DNA of 64,000 nucleotides from a candidate division WOR-3 bacterium (GCA_037443805.1 JBBINQ010000010.1:172-64171); one strand, 5' to 3'. Counted from the first letter of the stretch, positions 29,659 to 39,173 are shown. Numbers and translations are program-made. Notes: generated from the sequence alone by a model not told the origin.

Positions 29659-30390
29659 ATGTCGTTATCAAATTTAAAAAAATCTCTTACACCGATTTTA
29701 AAACCATTTTCTTATCTAATTGATTTTGTCCTGCCCTGTTCCTGTATTGTCTGCAAAAAAGAGATAAACCAGGGGCTTGTCTGCAATGACTGCCTTGACC
29801 TTGTAGTATATCTTCGGCCACCTCTTTGCCCCCATTGTGGAAGGCCCATTGATAAAACAAAGACCTGTGAATATTGTAGATATGAAAAATATCTTGATTA
29901 TGGCAGGGCATTCACACTCTATGTGCCACCAATTGACCAGATGATACACCATCTGAAATATCGCGGCAAAACAAATCTTGCAAGATTTTTTGGGCTGGGT
30001 ATGGCAGGCATAATAAAATCAGACTACTATTTTAAAAAAATAGATTTTATCACACCTGTGCCACTCTTTTGGTGGAAAAGATTGCGCAGAACCTATAATC
30101 AGGCAGAAATCCTTTCAAGGATAATCCATCAGGAGACATCTATTCCTCTGAATGAAGCCCTGATAAGAATCAAAAATACAAAGACCCAGACCAAACTTGA
30201 CCATAAAAAGAGGCAGGAAAATGTGCGTAATGCCTTTGCCCTGAAAAAAGGGATGAATATTGATGGTAAAAAGGTGCTCGTTATTGATGATGTGATGACC
30301 ACGGGTGCGACCATAAAGGAGTGTGCAAGGGTATTAAAACAGGCAGGAGCAGAAAGTGTATATTCTCTTGTCGCTGCCATCACACCCTGA
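29659..30390 (+). CDS. comFC: ComF-family protein (ComFC-type phosphoribosyltransferase with an N-terminal double zinc ribbon)
   Basis: Zinc-ribbon motifs CSCIVC...CNDC...CPHCG...C.YC, and a PRTase motif VLVIDDVMTTGAT. The ATG is chosen at MSLSN, because the ORF-track N-terminal extension is AT-rich promoter sequence. Confidence 0.7.
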   Translation: MSLSNLKKSLTPILKPFSYLIDFVLPCSCIVCKKEINQGLVCNDCLDLVVYLRPPLCPHCGRPIDKTKTCEYCRYEKYLDYGRAFTLYVPPIDQMIHHLKYRGKTNLARFFGLGMAGIIKSDYYFKKIDFITPVPLFWWKRLRRTYNQAEILSRIIHQETSIPLNEALIRIKNTKTQTKLDHKKRQENVRNAFALKKGMNIDGKKVLVIDDVMTTGATIKECARVLKQAGAESVYSLVAAITP

Positions 30391-30427
30391 TTCCTTGACT
30401 TTGATTATAAAATTGATAGAATAATCT

Positions 30428-31222
30428 GTGGGATACCTGAAGATAACCAGACCCTTAAACTGTGCAATTACATTTGTCTCTGTGCTCTGTGGTGCCTGGG
30501 TGGGAAAAGAGATTATTTTCACCAATAAAATTATATTTGCGGGCATTATTGGTTTCCTGGTCTGTGCCTATGGCAATATTATAAACGACTTAAATGATAT
30601 AGCAATTGACCGGATAAATAATCCCAAAAGGCCGCTCGTCACAGGTCTGGTCAAAAAAAATATTGTGGTGATAATGGCGCTCATATTTATAATTTTATCC
30701 TTAAGCATCACTACAGTGCTGGGATTAAAATCTTTTTTGCTCGTGCTGATTACAATAATATTGCTCTCACTCTATGCAGTCTATTTTAAAAAAACTCCTT
30801 TTGCAAATTTTATTGTGGCAATCATTGCCGGACTAAGCTTTGTCTTTGGTGGATTCATAACAGAGAATATTATCTCTTTAATTCCCGCATTGTTTGCAAT
30901 CTTGATTCACACGCCAAGGGAGATTATCAAGGATATAATGGATATAAAAGGAGACAAAGAATTCAGTGTTGCATCATTACCCATAATTTATGGTGAACAA
31001 AATGCACGAAACATTGCCCGCTTTTTTCTCATTTTATTCATCCTTGCCTGTCCCCTGCCTTTTATCTTCGGTGTTTTGAATATCAAATACTTAATTGTTA
31101 CTGGTGTTATTGCAATCCCTTTGACCATATTTATAATTATACAACTTCATAATAGTTCTCGTGCAAGCAATTTATTAAAATTTATTATGTTTATTGGGCT
31201 CATTGCCTTTATTATTGGATGA
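30428..31222 (+). CDS. UbiA-family aromatic prenyltransferase. It uses a GTG start.
   Basis: YLKITRPLN...NDLNDIAIDRINNPKRPL contains the Asp-rich NDxxDxxxD motif. Multiple TM segments. Confidence 0.65.
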   Translation: MGYLKITRPLNCAITFVSVLCGAWVGKEIIFTNKIIFAGIIGFLVCAYGNIINDLNDIAIDRINNPKRPLVTGLVKKNIVVIMALIFIILSLSITTVLGLKSFLLVLITIILLSLYAVYFKKTPFANFIVAIIAGLSFVFGGFITENIISLIPALFAILIHTPREIIKDIMDIKGDKEFSVASLPIIYGEQNARNIARFFLILFILACPLPFIFGVLNIKYLIVTGVIAIPLTIFIIIQLHNSSRASNLLKFIMFIGLIAFIIG

Positions 31223-31971
31223 TTAAACTTATAATTCTTGGTATAGTGCAAGGATTGACTGAGTTTTTGCCCATTTCAAGTTCAGGACATCTTGCATTAT
31301 TAGAAAATCTTTTCAGGATTGAAGAACCGGTTGCACTCACTGCTTTTTTACACTTTGGCACATTCCTTGCAACCCTGATATTTTTTAGAAAAGAAATCAT
31401 TGAAATTATTAAAGGCTTAATCAAATGGGAAACACTGGCAAAAACATATGTAGTAAATATCATTATCGGTAATATTCCGATTGTTATCTTTGCAGTCTTC
31501 TTGAGAGATGTAATTGAATCTACATTTAGTGATGTAAATATTATAATGATATTCTTAGGTATCACTGGTGTAATACTCCTGCTCACCTCAATCGTGCAAA
31601 AAGGCACTAAAGATGTTTCATTATTTAGGGCATTTTTCATTGGTATTGGACAGATGTTTGCAGTCTTTCCGGGATTATCGCGCTCAGGACTGACCATCTC
31701 TTCAGGCATCTTTTGCGGTGTAAAACCCGAAGAGTCATTCAAATTCTCATTCTTACTCTCTATACCTGCAGTGCTGGGTGCAAATATATTAGAATTAAAA
31801 CAGATAACCCAATTGGGCAATTTAGTAGAACTTATCATCGGAATGATAATAAGTTTTATTTCAGGATATATTGCCCTGAAGATTCTCCGTGCACTTGTTC
31901 AGAAATGGTTCTATCTATTTGGTTTCTATTGTTTGGTCATCAGTGTAGTATATTTATTAATAAAAATTTAA
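31219..31971 (+). CDS. uppP: Undecaprenyl-diphosphatase
   Basis: LTEFLPISSSGHLAL, the BacA family signature. 250 aa. Confidence 0.85.
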   Translation: MIKLIILGIVQGLTEFLPISSSGHLALLENLFRIEEPVALTAFLHFGTFLATLIFFRKEIIEIIKGLIKWETLAKTYVVNIIIGNIPIVIFAVFLRDVIESTFSDVNIIMIFLGITGVILLLTSIVQKGTKDVSLFRAFFIGIGQMFAVFPGLSRSGLTISSGIFCGVKPEESFKFSFLLSIPAVLGANILELKQITQLGNLVELIIGMIISFISGYIALKILRALVQKWFYLFGFYCLVISVVYLLIKI

Positions 31972-31988
31972 GTATAAAAGGGGGTCAT

Positions 31989-32468
31989 ATGTTAAAAGCA
32001 CTTGTGGGATATTATTCGGCCACGGGCAATACAAAAAGGATGGCACAGGCAATTGCTCGGGGTATAAAAAAACAGGGGATTGAGGTTGACCTATTGCCCA
32101 TAAAAGACATTAAACCCAAAGACCTGCTCAAGTATCATCTTTTAATCTTTGGTTCTCCAACCTATTATGGATTAATGTGTGCAGAAATGAAAACATTGAT
32201 TGACCAGAGTGTTAAGTATCATGGTAAATTATCAGGTAAGGTAGCCGGTGCATTCACTTCAAGTGGTGGTATTGGTGGTGGTAGTGAGACCACAATCTTG
32301 AGTATCCTTGAAGCATTTCTGGTCCATGGAATGATTGTAATGGGTGAGCATGGTGCTTATCATTATGGGCCCGTGAGCATTGAAAGACCTGATAAGAGAA
32401 CGATTGTTGCTTGTGAATTATATGGCAACAAAATGGCAAGATTAACAAAAAAGATCTTTGAAAAATAG
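31989..32468 (+). CDS. Flavodoxin-like / NAD(P)H-dependent FMN reductase-family protein
   Basis: MLKALVGYYSATGNTKRMA is an FMN-binding T/SxTGxT loop. The preceding RBS is aaaggggg. The ORF-track N-terminal extension 31713-31988 overlaps uppP and is rejected. Confidence 0.6.
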   Translation: MLKALVGYYSATGNTKRMAQAIARGIKKQGIEVDLLPIKDIKPKDLLKYHLLIFGSPTYYGLMCAEMKTLIDQSVKYHGKLSGKVAGAFTSSGGIGGGSETTILSILEAFLVHGMIVMGEHGAYHYGPVSIERPDKRTIVACELYGNKMARLTKKIFEK

Positions 32469-32472
32469 GTAT

Positions 32473-32499
32473 TGACTTTTTTAAAAGAATAATTATAAT
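32473..32499 (+). promoter_or_regulatory. Sigma70-like promoter upstream of the selenoprotein candidate: TTGACT, 15 bp, TATAAT, then AGGAGG
   Basis: The sequence aTTGACTtttttaaaagaataatTATAATatagtagaaaaAGGAGGtcttATG is read directly. Confidence 0.4.
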
Positions 32500-32520
32500 A
32501 TAGTAGAAAAAGGAGGTCTT

Positions 32521-33585
32521 ATGAAGCCAAAGGGTTATCTACCTTTAAGTCTGCTTCTGGGCATTATGCTCTTGAGTGCTGGCTTTTCTGCCCAGAGGGT
32601 AGTGGTCTGTGAAGAACTCTACCAGGAAGGCTGAGGCTCCTGTAATCCAGCCAGTGGGACACTGGCTCAGATTGCAATAAACTATCCAGGTAGGGTTGCT
32701 GCTATAGAGATGCATATCAGTTCAAGTTACCCCCTGTATTGTGCTGAAGCACTACAAAGAATGTATTCTTATCCACCGCCATATTATTATGGTGGTTCGT
32801 GGTACTATGCAACACCCTGGCTCTGGTATGATGGAGACCCGCATGGAAGTTATGACTATTCACAATGGCAATCAAAGATTGTCACTGAAATGAACAGACC
32901 AGCACCATTCACCTGCACAATGTGGGGCATTTATACGCCATTAAGAGGGACTGGCACAGTCTATGCAAAATTCCGTAATGACTCTACTGCAACTCTAACT
33001 GGTCGTATCCGCTTTGTGTTGACTGAAGATAGTTTATACTATTCTGCACCCAATGGTGACCTCTGGCACAATCATGTTGCCCGCGATTATCTACCAGACA
33101 CAAGTGGAACACCGGTCACGCTTGCTCCTAATGATTCAATAACAGTGAGCAGAAACTTTACTGTCCAGTCAGGCTGGAATGCAAACAAGTGTGAAATTGT
33201 TGCCTGGATACAGAGCACGGCCTTGCTTTCTGATTCTACAAGGGACATCTGGCAGGGCGGTCTAATAAAGGTTTCTCAATTGACCTATGTTGCTGAAGAG
33301 AATACTGAAAATTCATTAACTGAGAGAATAGGACCAAGCCCGAACCCCTGTGTGAACAAGACTACTTTCAATTTTAGACTAAATAGTAGTACACTATACC
33401 AGATCAATATCTTTGATGTAGCAGGCAGAAAGATACGCACAATTAAGGGTCTGGCAACTGGTAATGAGCAGAAAGTAGAATGGGATTTAAAAGATGCTCA
33501 AGGAAAAAGAATGGGTTCTGGTGTATACTTTTATCAATTTGAAAGCAAAGAGACCAACGCAAGCGGGAAGATTGTAATAAGATAA
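32521..33585 (+). CDS. Candidate secreted selenoprotein. It has a signal peptide, an in-frame UGA at 32632-32634 inside a U-G-S-C (UxxC) redox motif, and a T9SS C-terminal sorting domain. The ORF track shows only the part from 32710.
   Basis: A strong RBS precedes ATG 32521, followed by MKPKGYLPLSLLLGIMLLSAGFSAQRVVVCEELYQEG-TGA-GSCNPASG.... The frame stays open through the track ORF to 33585. An 8-bp hairpin AGCCAGTG-gga-CACTGGCT at 32649-32667 begins 14 nt after the UGA. The C-terminus GPSPNPCVNKTTFNF...IFDVAGRKI...GSGVYFYQF...KIVIR is Por-tail-like. selA, selB and tRNA-Sec are adjacent. Confidence 0.55.
32649..32667 (+). promoter_or_regulatory. SECIS-like hairpin downstream of the in-frame UGA
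   Basis: AGCCAGTG-GGA-CACTGGCT is a perfect 8-bp stem positioned 14 nt 3' of the UGA, inside the coding region. Confidence 0.4.
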
Positions 33586-33603
33586 AAAATAAATTTTTTA
33601 TAA

Positions 33604-33644
33604 GGGCGGATGCTGTAAATACAATGCATCCGCCCTTTTTATTT
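33604..33644 (+). terminator. Intrinsic terminator after the selenoprotein candidate
   Basis: GGGCGGATGC-tgtaaatacaat-GCATCCGCCC followed by TTTTTATTT. Confidence 0.65.
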
Positions 33645-33712
33645 ATCCAGAATATCCTGCAGACAATTTGATAAGGAAAAAAATTGTAGATTACAGAAGA
33701 ACACTAAAAAAC

Positions 33713-33740
33713 TTGACTTATTATTTTTTTTTAGTATAAT
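33713..33740 (+). promoter_or_regulatory. Sigma70-like promoter: TTGACT, 16 bp, TATAAT. It sits 6 nt before the selA ATG, giving a leaderless-type transcript.
   Basis: The sequence cTTGACTtattatttttttttagTATAATcaaataATG is read directly. Confidence 0.45.
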
Positions 33741-33746
33741 CAAATA

Positions 33747-35135
33747 ATGCCAGAAATTAAAGAATTAAAGGATATACCATCCATAGATAAAATCTTAAAT
33801 TATAAAGAATTGCAGGATTTTGCGGAAAAATTAGACCATTCATACTTAGTCTCAATCATTCGCAATAAAACCGACGAAATTAGAAAACAGATAATTGTTG
33901 GAAAAAAAATTACCATTGAAGATTTCAAAAATGCAATTATTAACGAATTAAATGAGTTTATTACTCCATATTTTTCCTATGCAATAAATGGTTTGGGTAT
34001 TGTGCTCCATACTGGATTGGGAAGGGCACCATTTGTAAATGGTGTTACAGATGCACTGAAATCTATCAGCATTGGTTATTCTTTGCTCCAGATTGATGAA
34101 GAAGGAAAAAGGTCTGACCGTTACAAAAAAATAAACAAACTACTCCAGATTATAACTGGCGCTGAAGCAGGTATCTTTGTGAATAACAATGCTGGTGCAA
34201 CACTATTGATTTTAAATACCATTGGCAAAGGTAAAGAGATTATTATTTCCCGTGGACAATTGATTGAGATTGGTGGTTCTTTCAGAATTCCTGATGTAAT
34301 GGCGCAGAGCGGTGCAATATTGCGTGAAGTAGGGACGACCAATCGCACGCATTTGAAAGATTATGAATCTGCAATAAATGAAAATACTGCGGCGATATTA
34401 CGTGTACACCAATCAAATTATCGTATTATGGGTTTTACAAAAGAGGTTCCCCTTGAAGAACTCGTTGCACTCGGAAAGAAGCATAATCTACCAGTCATTG
34501 ATGACCTCGGCAGTGGTGCATTAATTGATTTTTCAAAGTATAATTTGCCAAAAGAGCCAATGGTTCAGGATAGTATAAAAGCCGGTGCAGATATTGTCTG
34601 TTTTAGCGGCGATAAACTCATTGGTGGTCCACAGTGTGGAATAATCATTGGAAAAAAGGACTATATTGAACGGATAAAAAAGAATCCCCTTACAAGGGCA
34701 TTGAGATGTGATAAATTGACAAGTTCAGTGCTTGAGGCAACGCTCCAATTATTTTTAAGAAAGGAAGAAGAAATATTAAAAAAACATACTGTTATCTCAT
34801 TGTTATTAAAACCGCTCGAGGAAATAAAAAAACAGGCACGGGTATGTGCAAAAAAGATAGCGTCTATACCTGATATTAAATGTGAAATAAAACCTTCGGT
34901 CTCTGAAATCGGTGGTGGTTCACTAAGCACTGAACAATTACCTACCTATGTCCTTGCGGTCAAATCAAATAAGATAACAGTAGAGAAACTTGCGCGGCTT
35001 TTGCGACTCTATAAACCACCAATATTTGGCAGGGTGGAGCAGGATTATTATTTGATTGATTTCCGAACCGTTTTAAAGGGTGAAGAAAAAATAATTGCTG
35101 AAGCATTGTATAATATTCTTGCAAAAAATGAGTGA
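33747..35135 (+). CDS. selA: L-seryl-tRNA(Sec) selenium transferase (selenocysteine synthase)
   Basis: [13 protein letters not shown] matches the SelA NATGVVLHTNLGR motif. The PLP-lysine region is [19 protein letters not shown]. 462 aa. Confidence 0.85.
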   Translation: MPEIKELKDIPSIDKILNYKELQDFAEKLDHSYLVSIIRNKTDEIRKQIIVGKKITIEDFKNAIINELNEFITPYFSYAINGLGIVLHTGLGRAPFVNGVTDALKSISIGYSLLQIDEEGKRSDRYKKINKLLQIITGAEAGIFVNNNAGATLLILNTIGKGKEIIISRGQLIEIGGSFRIPDVMAQSGAILREVGTTNRTHLKDYESAINENTAAILRVHQSNYRIMGFTKEVPLEELVALGKKHNLPVIDDLGSGALIDFSKYNLPKEPMVQDSIKAGADIVCFSGDKLIGGPQCGIIIGKKDYIERIKKNPLTRALRCDKLTSSVLEATLQLFLRKEEEILKKHTVISLLLKPLEEIKKQARVCAKKIASIPDIKCEIKPSVSEIGGGSLSTEQLPTYVLAVKSNKITVEKLARLLRLYKPPIFGRVEQDYYLIDFRTVLKGEEKIIAEALYNILAKNE

Positions 35136-37050
35136 ATTACCAAAAAAACATATTGTCATTGGCACTGCCGGGCATATTGACCATGGTAAGAGTGCACTCA
35201 TAAAGTCTTTAACTGGAACAGACCCTGACCGTTTGAAAGAAGAAAAAGAACGGGGCATGACAACAGACTTGGGTTTTGCCTTTTATGGTGACGATGTAAC
35301 AATCATTGATGTCCCCGGACATGAAAAATTTGTCAGACATATGCTTGCCGGTGCAAGCACTATAGATTTTGTGATATTTGTCATTGCTGCTGATGATGGT
35401 GTTATGCCCCAGACCATTGAACATTTTGAAATATTAAAATTGCTCCAGATAAAGAAAGGTGTGATTGTTGTCACCAAAATTGACCTTGTAAAAAAAGAAC
35501 ACCTGGATACAGTCATTGAAGATATCAATAATCTAACCAGAGACTCTTTTTTACAGGATGCACCAATAATACCCGTATCAAATACCACTGGTGAAGGCAT
35601 TGATAAATTAAAAATTATTTTAAATGAACTGATCAGTAAAATTGAAACAAAACAGGATAAAAAAATTTTCTATATGCCTATTGACCGTTGTTTTACAATG
35701 AAAGGCTTTGGCACAGTAATTGCTGGAACCATTCTTTCCGGGAAGATTAAAATCGGTGATACTGTAGAACTTTTACCACACAAAAAACAGTTAAAAATTC
35801 GGGGAATTGAAGTTCATAATAAAAAAGTTGAAGAGGTAGGAACAGGTTATCGCGCTGCAATAAATATTGTTGGTGCAGAAAAAGAAGAGATTGAAAGGGG
35901 AAATGTAATTGCCCAACCCGGATACTTTGAACCTTCTTTATTTATGAACGGTTCTTTATATCTTTTAAATTCTGCCCCGGGTTTAAAAACCTTTACCAGA
36001 GTAAGAATCCATATCGGCACGAGCGAAGTCCTCGGACGGGTCATCATCCTGGAAAAAAAGAGTATTGAACCAGGTGAAAAGGCAATGGTCCAGTTTCGCT
36101 TAGAAACTCCAGCAGTATGTGATATTGGAGATAGGTTTGTAATCCGCAGTTATACACCGGCGATGACAATTGGTGGTGGTGTAATCTTAGAACCGAGGGC
36201 AGAAAAGATTAAGGCATTTGATGAGAAGATTCTTGAACATTTACAAAAAATAGAGACCCAGGACCCGCTTGTGCTTGTGGAAGAAGACCTGAATCAAAAT
36301 TGTACCATACCCAGAAAAGTTGAAGACATTGCGAAAGATGTGAATCTTAATTTAGAAACTGTGAAAAATCTGATTAGAGAACTATTAAACCGAAACGCAG
36401 TGGTTGTAATTGATGAAAAAAAAGGATTATATTTCAGTACGAAAAACTTCACAGAGTTAAAAAATAAAATTCTTGAAATCATAAAAGATTATCATCACAA
36501 TAATCCCACACATTTAGGAATACCCAGGCTTACATTGACAACACATCTTCCCAGGGGATTGGATAATAGCCTATTTAATTTTGCAATCAATCAATTAAAA
36601 CAAGAACAGAAAATTAATATTGCTGAAGATGGAAAGATTAGTCTTTATGACTTCAAGGTCTCATTAAATAAAGAACTTGAAGCATTGGTTCAGAAAATAG
36701 AAAAAATATTTTTGGATGCCAGATTTCAGCCGCCAGAAATTGAAGTTTTAATAGAACAGAAAATCGGGACTCCTGATTTAATAAAAAAGGCTTACCGATA
36801 TTTGCTTGATAACGGCACACTGATTTTTGTTGGTGAAGGGATTGCCTTTCATAAAGATATGCTGGAAAGTGCAAAAACAAAATTAATCAATTTTTTAAAA
36901 GAACATAAAGAGATAAGGGTTGCTGATTTCCGTGATTTAATCAATGCCAGCAGAAAGTATGCCCTGCCCCTTTTAATCTATTTTGACACAAAAGGTATTA
37001 CTATTAAACGGGGAGAAGTGCGTGTTTTAGGCATTGGCGGAGGCGTGTAG
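35128..37050 (+). CDS. selB: Selenocysteine-specific translation elongation factor SelB
   Basis: [30 protein letters not shown]...[17 protein letters not shown] is a GTPase domain. The long C-terminal extension carries the winged-helix domains that bind SECIS. The ATG at 35128 overlaps the selA TGA (ATGAGTGA), so the start is placed there rather than at the ORF-track 35095. Confidence 0.85.
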   Translation: MSELPKKHIVIGTAGHIDHGKSALIKSLTGTDPDRLKEEKERGMTTDLGFAFYGDDVTIIDVPGHEKFVRHMLAGASTIDFVIFVIAADDGVMPQTIEHFEILKLLQIKKGVIVVTKIDLVKKEHLDTVIEDINNLTRDSFLQDAPIIPVSNTTGEGIDKLKIILNELISKIETKQDKKIFYMPIDRCFTMKGFGTVIAGTILSGKIKIGDTVELLPHKKQLKIRGIEVHNKKVEEVGTGYRAAINIVGAEKEEIERGNVIAQPGYFEPSLFMNGSLYLLNSAPGLKTFTRVRIHIGTSEVLGRVIILEKKSIEPGEKAMVQFRLETPAVCDIGDRFVIRSYTPAMTIGGGVILEPRAEKIKAFDEKILEHLQKIETQDPLVLVEEDLNQNCTIPRKVEDIAKDVNLNLETVKNLIRELLNRNAVVVIDEKKGLYFSTKNFTELKNKILEIIKDYHHNNPTHLGIPRLTLTTHLPRGLDNSLFNFAINQLKQEQKINIAEDGKISLYDFKVSLNKELEALVQKIEKIFLDARFQPPEIEVLIEQKIGTPDLIKKAYRYLLDNGTLIFVGEGIAFHKDMLESAKTKLINFLKEHKEIRVADFRDLINASRKYALPLLIYFDTKGITIKRGEVRVLGIGGGV

Positions 37051-37130
37051 GAATCGAACCTACCGTCCCCCTTTCGAAGGACAACCGGGTTTGAAGCCCG
37101 TCAGGCACACCAGCACCCATCCGCCTCCCC
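37035..37130 (-). tRNA. selC: tRNA-Sec with anticodon UCA (ends approximate)
   Basis: The reverse complement reads GGAGGCGGATGGGTGCTGGTGTGCCTGACGGGCTTCAAACCCGGTTGTCCTTCGAAAGGGGGACGGTAGGTTCGATTCCTACACGCCTCCGCCA. The anticodon loop is CT-TCA-AA, the variable arm is long, the T-arm is GTAGG-TTCGATT-CCTAC, and the acceptor arms are GGAGGCG and CGCCTCC followed by G-CCA. Confidence 0.7.
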
Positions 37131-37462
37131 ATTATATTTAGATTTTCTCAATACCGTTCACAGATTATAAATAACAGTTTATCCTGCTAAACTTATTATA
37201 TTCATAAGCACAAATTTGTCAATCAGTATTAGCAAACATTAAGATACTCACTATCGCTTTGGCGTTGACTTAATGCTAAAAAATTATATAATATAGCAAA
37301 TGAAGGAACAGTAGGTTATTAATAGTAAGAAGACAAATGAATGTTTATAAATGCAGGATATTTATTATTATAATATTACTAATAAAATTGTGTGTTGCTG
37401 ACCGGATACCCAATTCATTTATTGCCAAAATAAGCGAATTATATTCGTAGATACCACAGGAT

Positions 37463-38929
37463 ATGGCATCTTTTTATGGCTCGGATTTTAAAATAAATTT
37501 TGAAAAAACCAACCAAATTGGAGCTGCTTGGTATAGCTATGTTGAACCAGGATATTGGATTTATAATTATGTCCGGATAGATACCGCAGGTAATATTTTA
37601 ATGGACGCACGTAATTTTGATAGTAAAGATGTTTTTTGGCACAAATTCGACATCTTGGCAGACGCGTATAATCCCAATCCGCATCTAAAATATTTAACTG
37701 ATGAACAGGGGAATAGTATTATAATTTATAATTATTATGTGGATGAACAATCAGGTGAAGGCTGGAAATTAGCATGGGTAAAAATCGATACTTCATTTAC
37801 TTTGTCACACAATACTTTAAATGGAACTTCCAAAAGCAACTCTTTCACAGTCTACGCTTCCAAAAAATATGATTTTCATCTGATAAATGGCGGTGAATAT
37901 AGAAAGCGCACTAAGTCAGAGCGAGTGAATTTTTTGAATTACGAATTTCATTATCAAAAAAAGAAACCGCATCTTATACCTCCAAGTCATTTTATAGAAA
38001 CAAGTGACAATAATTTGTTGTGCCTTAGCCATTATCGTGATTCTGCCGAAATCCATTATCAGTGTATCTCTCCAAAAGGTAAATTCTTATTTGGCAGCAG
38101 AGCAAAAATTAATCATGTAGCTGCTATTATCTGGGACAATCTTGACTTACCATATTGTGAAGAGATTTTTCAATGGAACGGTACTATATGGTATATAACG
38201 ACCGTCCCTTCAATCCATTATCGCGGTCAAAATAGTATAGTCTTGATTGTATTTGATAAGAAAGGAAGGATAACGAAACATAAGGCAGTATTGAAAACGA
38301 AGCTCTTTTCCATTGATAGCTTACCGGGTAACGCAAAACGATTTATTTATTTCTTAAAAAAAGTGATCTATTATTTGGGGATTGATAGCAATGGTAATCT
38401 TTATTATTGGAATAGCAAACGAGGATATATAGATTATAACCGAGCCGATCTCTTTGCCCCATTTTTTGCAGTTCATTATAACCATGTAAAAGACAGTTTT
38501 TATAATCCATTAACTGAAAATAACTTATATCCAGACAGCATGAACGAACTCTCTCTTTGGTCAAAAGGCGGTAAACTGAAACACAATATGAAATTGTTAA
38601 TTGGATGTAATAAACAAAGTAAAACTTATATGCCGGGTGAACTTATTGGCATACGGTGTGGGATTATTCATGCAAATTTAAACGAAAGAGTATTTTTAGC
38701 CAAAGCCCATTATAGCCCCAATAAGTGTGGTTGGCCTCCGGAAATTACTATCCATATCAATGCTCCAGCAGACGCCATCAGAGAAAAAATGCATTTAGGA
38801 TATTTGGGAGATGATTGTATTTTTATAAATCGTCCAAAATCAGAAATTCGTTTTGACAAAGATGCAGTAAAGATTTTTTTAAAAAAGTTTCGCCCCTTAT
38901 TTAATAAGCAGCATCAGGTGATAGCTTGA
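37463..38929 (+). CDS. Hypothetical protein (488 aa), Tyr/Asn-rich, with no recognisable domain
   Basis: Long open frame. An in-frame signal-peptide-like ORF (37337-37447) lies just upstream, separated from it by a single TAG. Confidence 0.4.
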   Translation: MASFYGSDFKINFEKTNQIGAAWYSYVEPGYWIYNYVRIDTAGNILMDARNFDSKDVFWHKFDILADAYNPNPHLKYLTDEQGNSIIIYNYYVDEQSGEGWKLAWVKIDTSFTLSHNTLNGTSKSNSFTVYASKKYDFHLINGGEYRKRTKSERVNFLNYEFHYQKKKPHLIPPSHFIETSDNNLLCLSHYRDSAEIHYQCISPKGKFLFGSRAKINHVAAIIWDNLDLPYCEEIFQWNGTIWYITTVPSIHYRGQNSIVLIVFDKKGRITKHKAVLKTKLFSIDSLPGNAKRFIYFLKKVIYYLGIDSNGNLYYWNSKRGYIDYNRADLFAPFFAVHYNHVKDSFYNPLTENNLYPDSMNELSLWSKGGKLKHNMKLLIGCNKQSKTYMPGELIGIRCGIIHANLNERVFLAKAHYSPNKCGWPPEITIHINAPADAIREKMHLGYLGDDCIFINRPKSEIRFDKDAVKIFLKKFRPLFNKQHQVIA

Positions 38930-38930
38930 T

Positions 38931-39173
38931 TCATCGCTTGGAAGCATCTAAAACAGTTATACCCACAAGTTCATTTTCTTTATACCTTAGCAAAATGCCA
39001 TTGTTCAACATTTTAGAATCCGTTGCCTTCTGCGGTCTTTTAAAACTTATATAAAGAACATCCGCCTCCTTGTCATAGTCAATCCACATCTTCCTCTCGG
39101 GAAATTTAAGAAGATGCGGCGTCGCACTGAACACTTCTTTTAAAAACTTATCTCTTATGGTTCTTTTTTCCAT
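38931..39173 (-). CDS. DUF2283-family small protein, a putative antitoxin-like partner
   Basis: MWIDYDKEADVLYISF...GILLRYKENELVGITVLDAS matches the DUF2283 pattern. It overlaps the upstream small gene by 19 nt. Confidence 0.5.
   Translation of the reverse strand: MEKRTIRDKFLKEVFSATPHLLKFPERKMWIDYDKEADVLYISFKRPQKATDSKMLNNGILLRYKENELVGITVLDASKR

Noticed and set aside
31713-31988. Long N-terminal extension of the flavodoxin ORF overlapping uppP
   Set aside because: The extension runs out of frame across the 3' end of uppP. A strong RBS (aaaggggg) precedes the internal ATG at 31989, and the conserved flavodoxin N-terminus starts there.
32632-32634. The in-frame TGA could mean a TGA-to-Gly or TGA-to-Trp recoded genome (genetic code 25 or 4) rather than selenocysteine
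   Set aside because: TGA clearly terminates several well-conserved genes here, each at its expected C-terminus: comFC at 30388-30390, selA at 35133-35135, and the glycosyltransferase at 5352-5354. The genome therefore uses the standard code. Sec machinery is adjacent.
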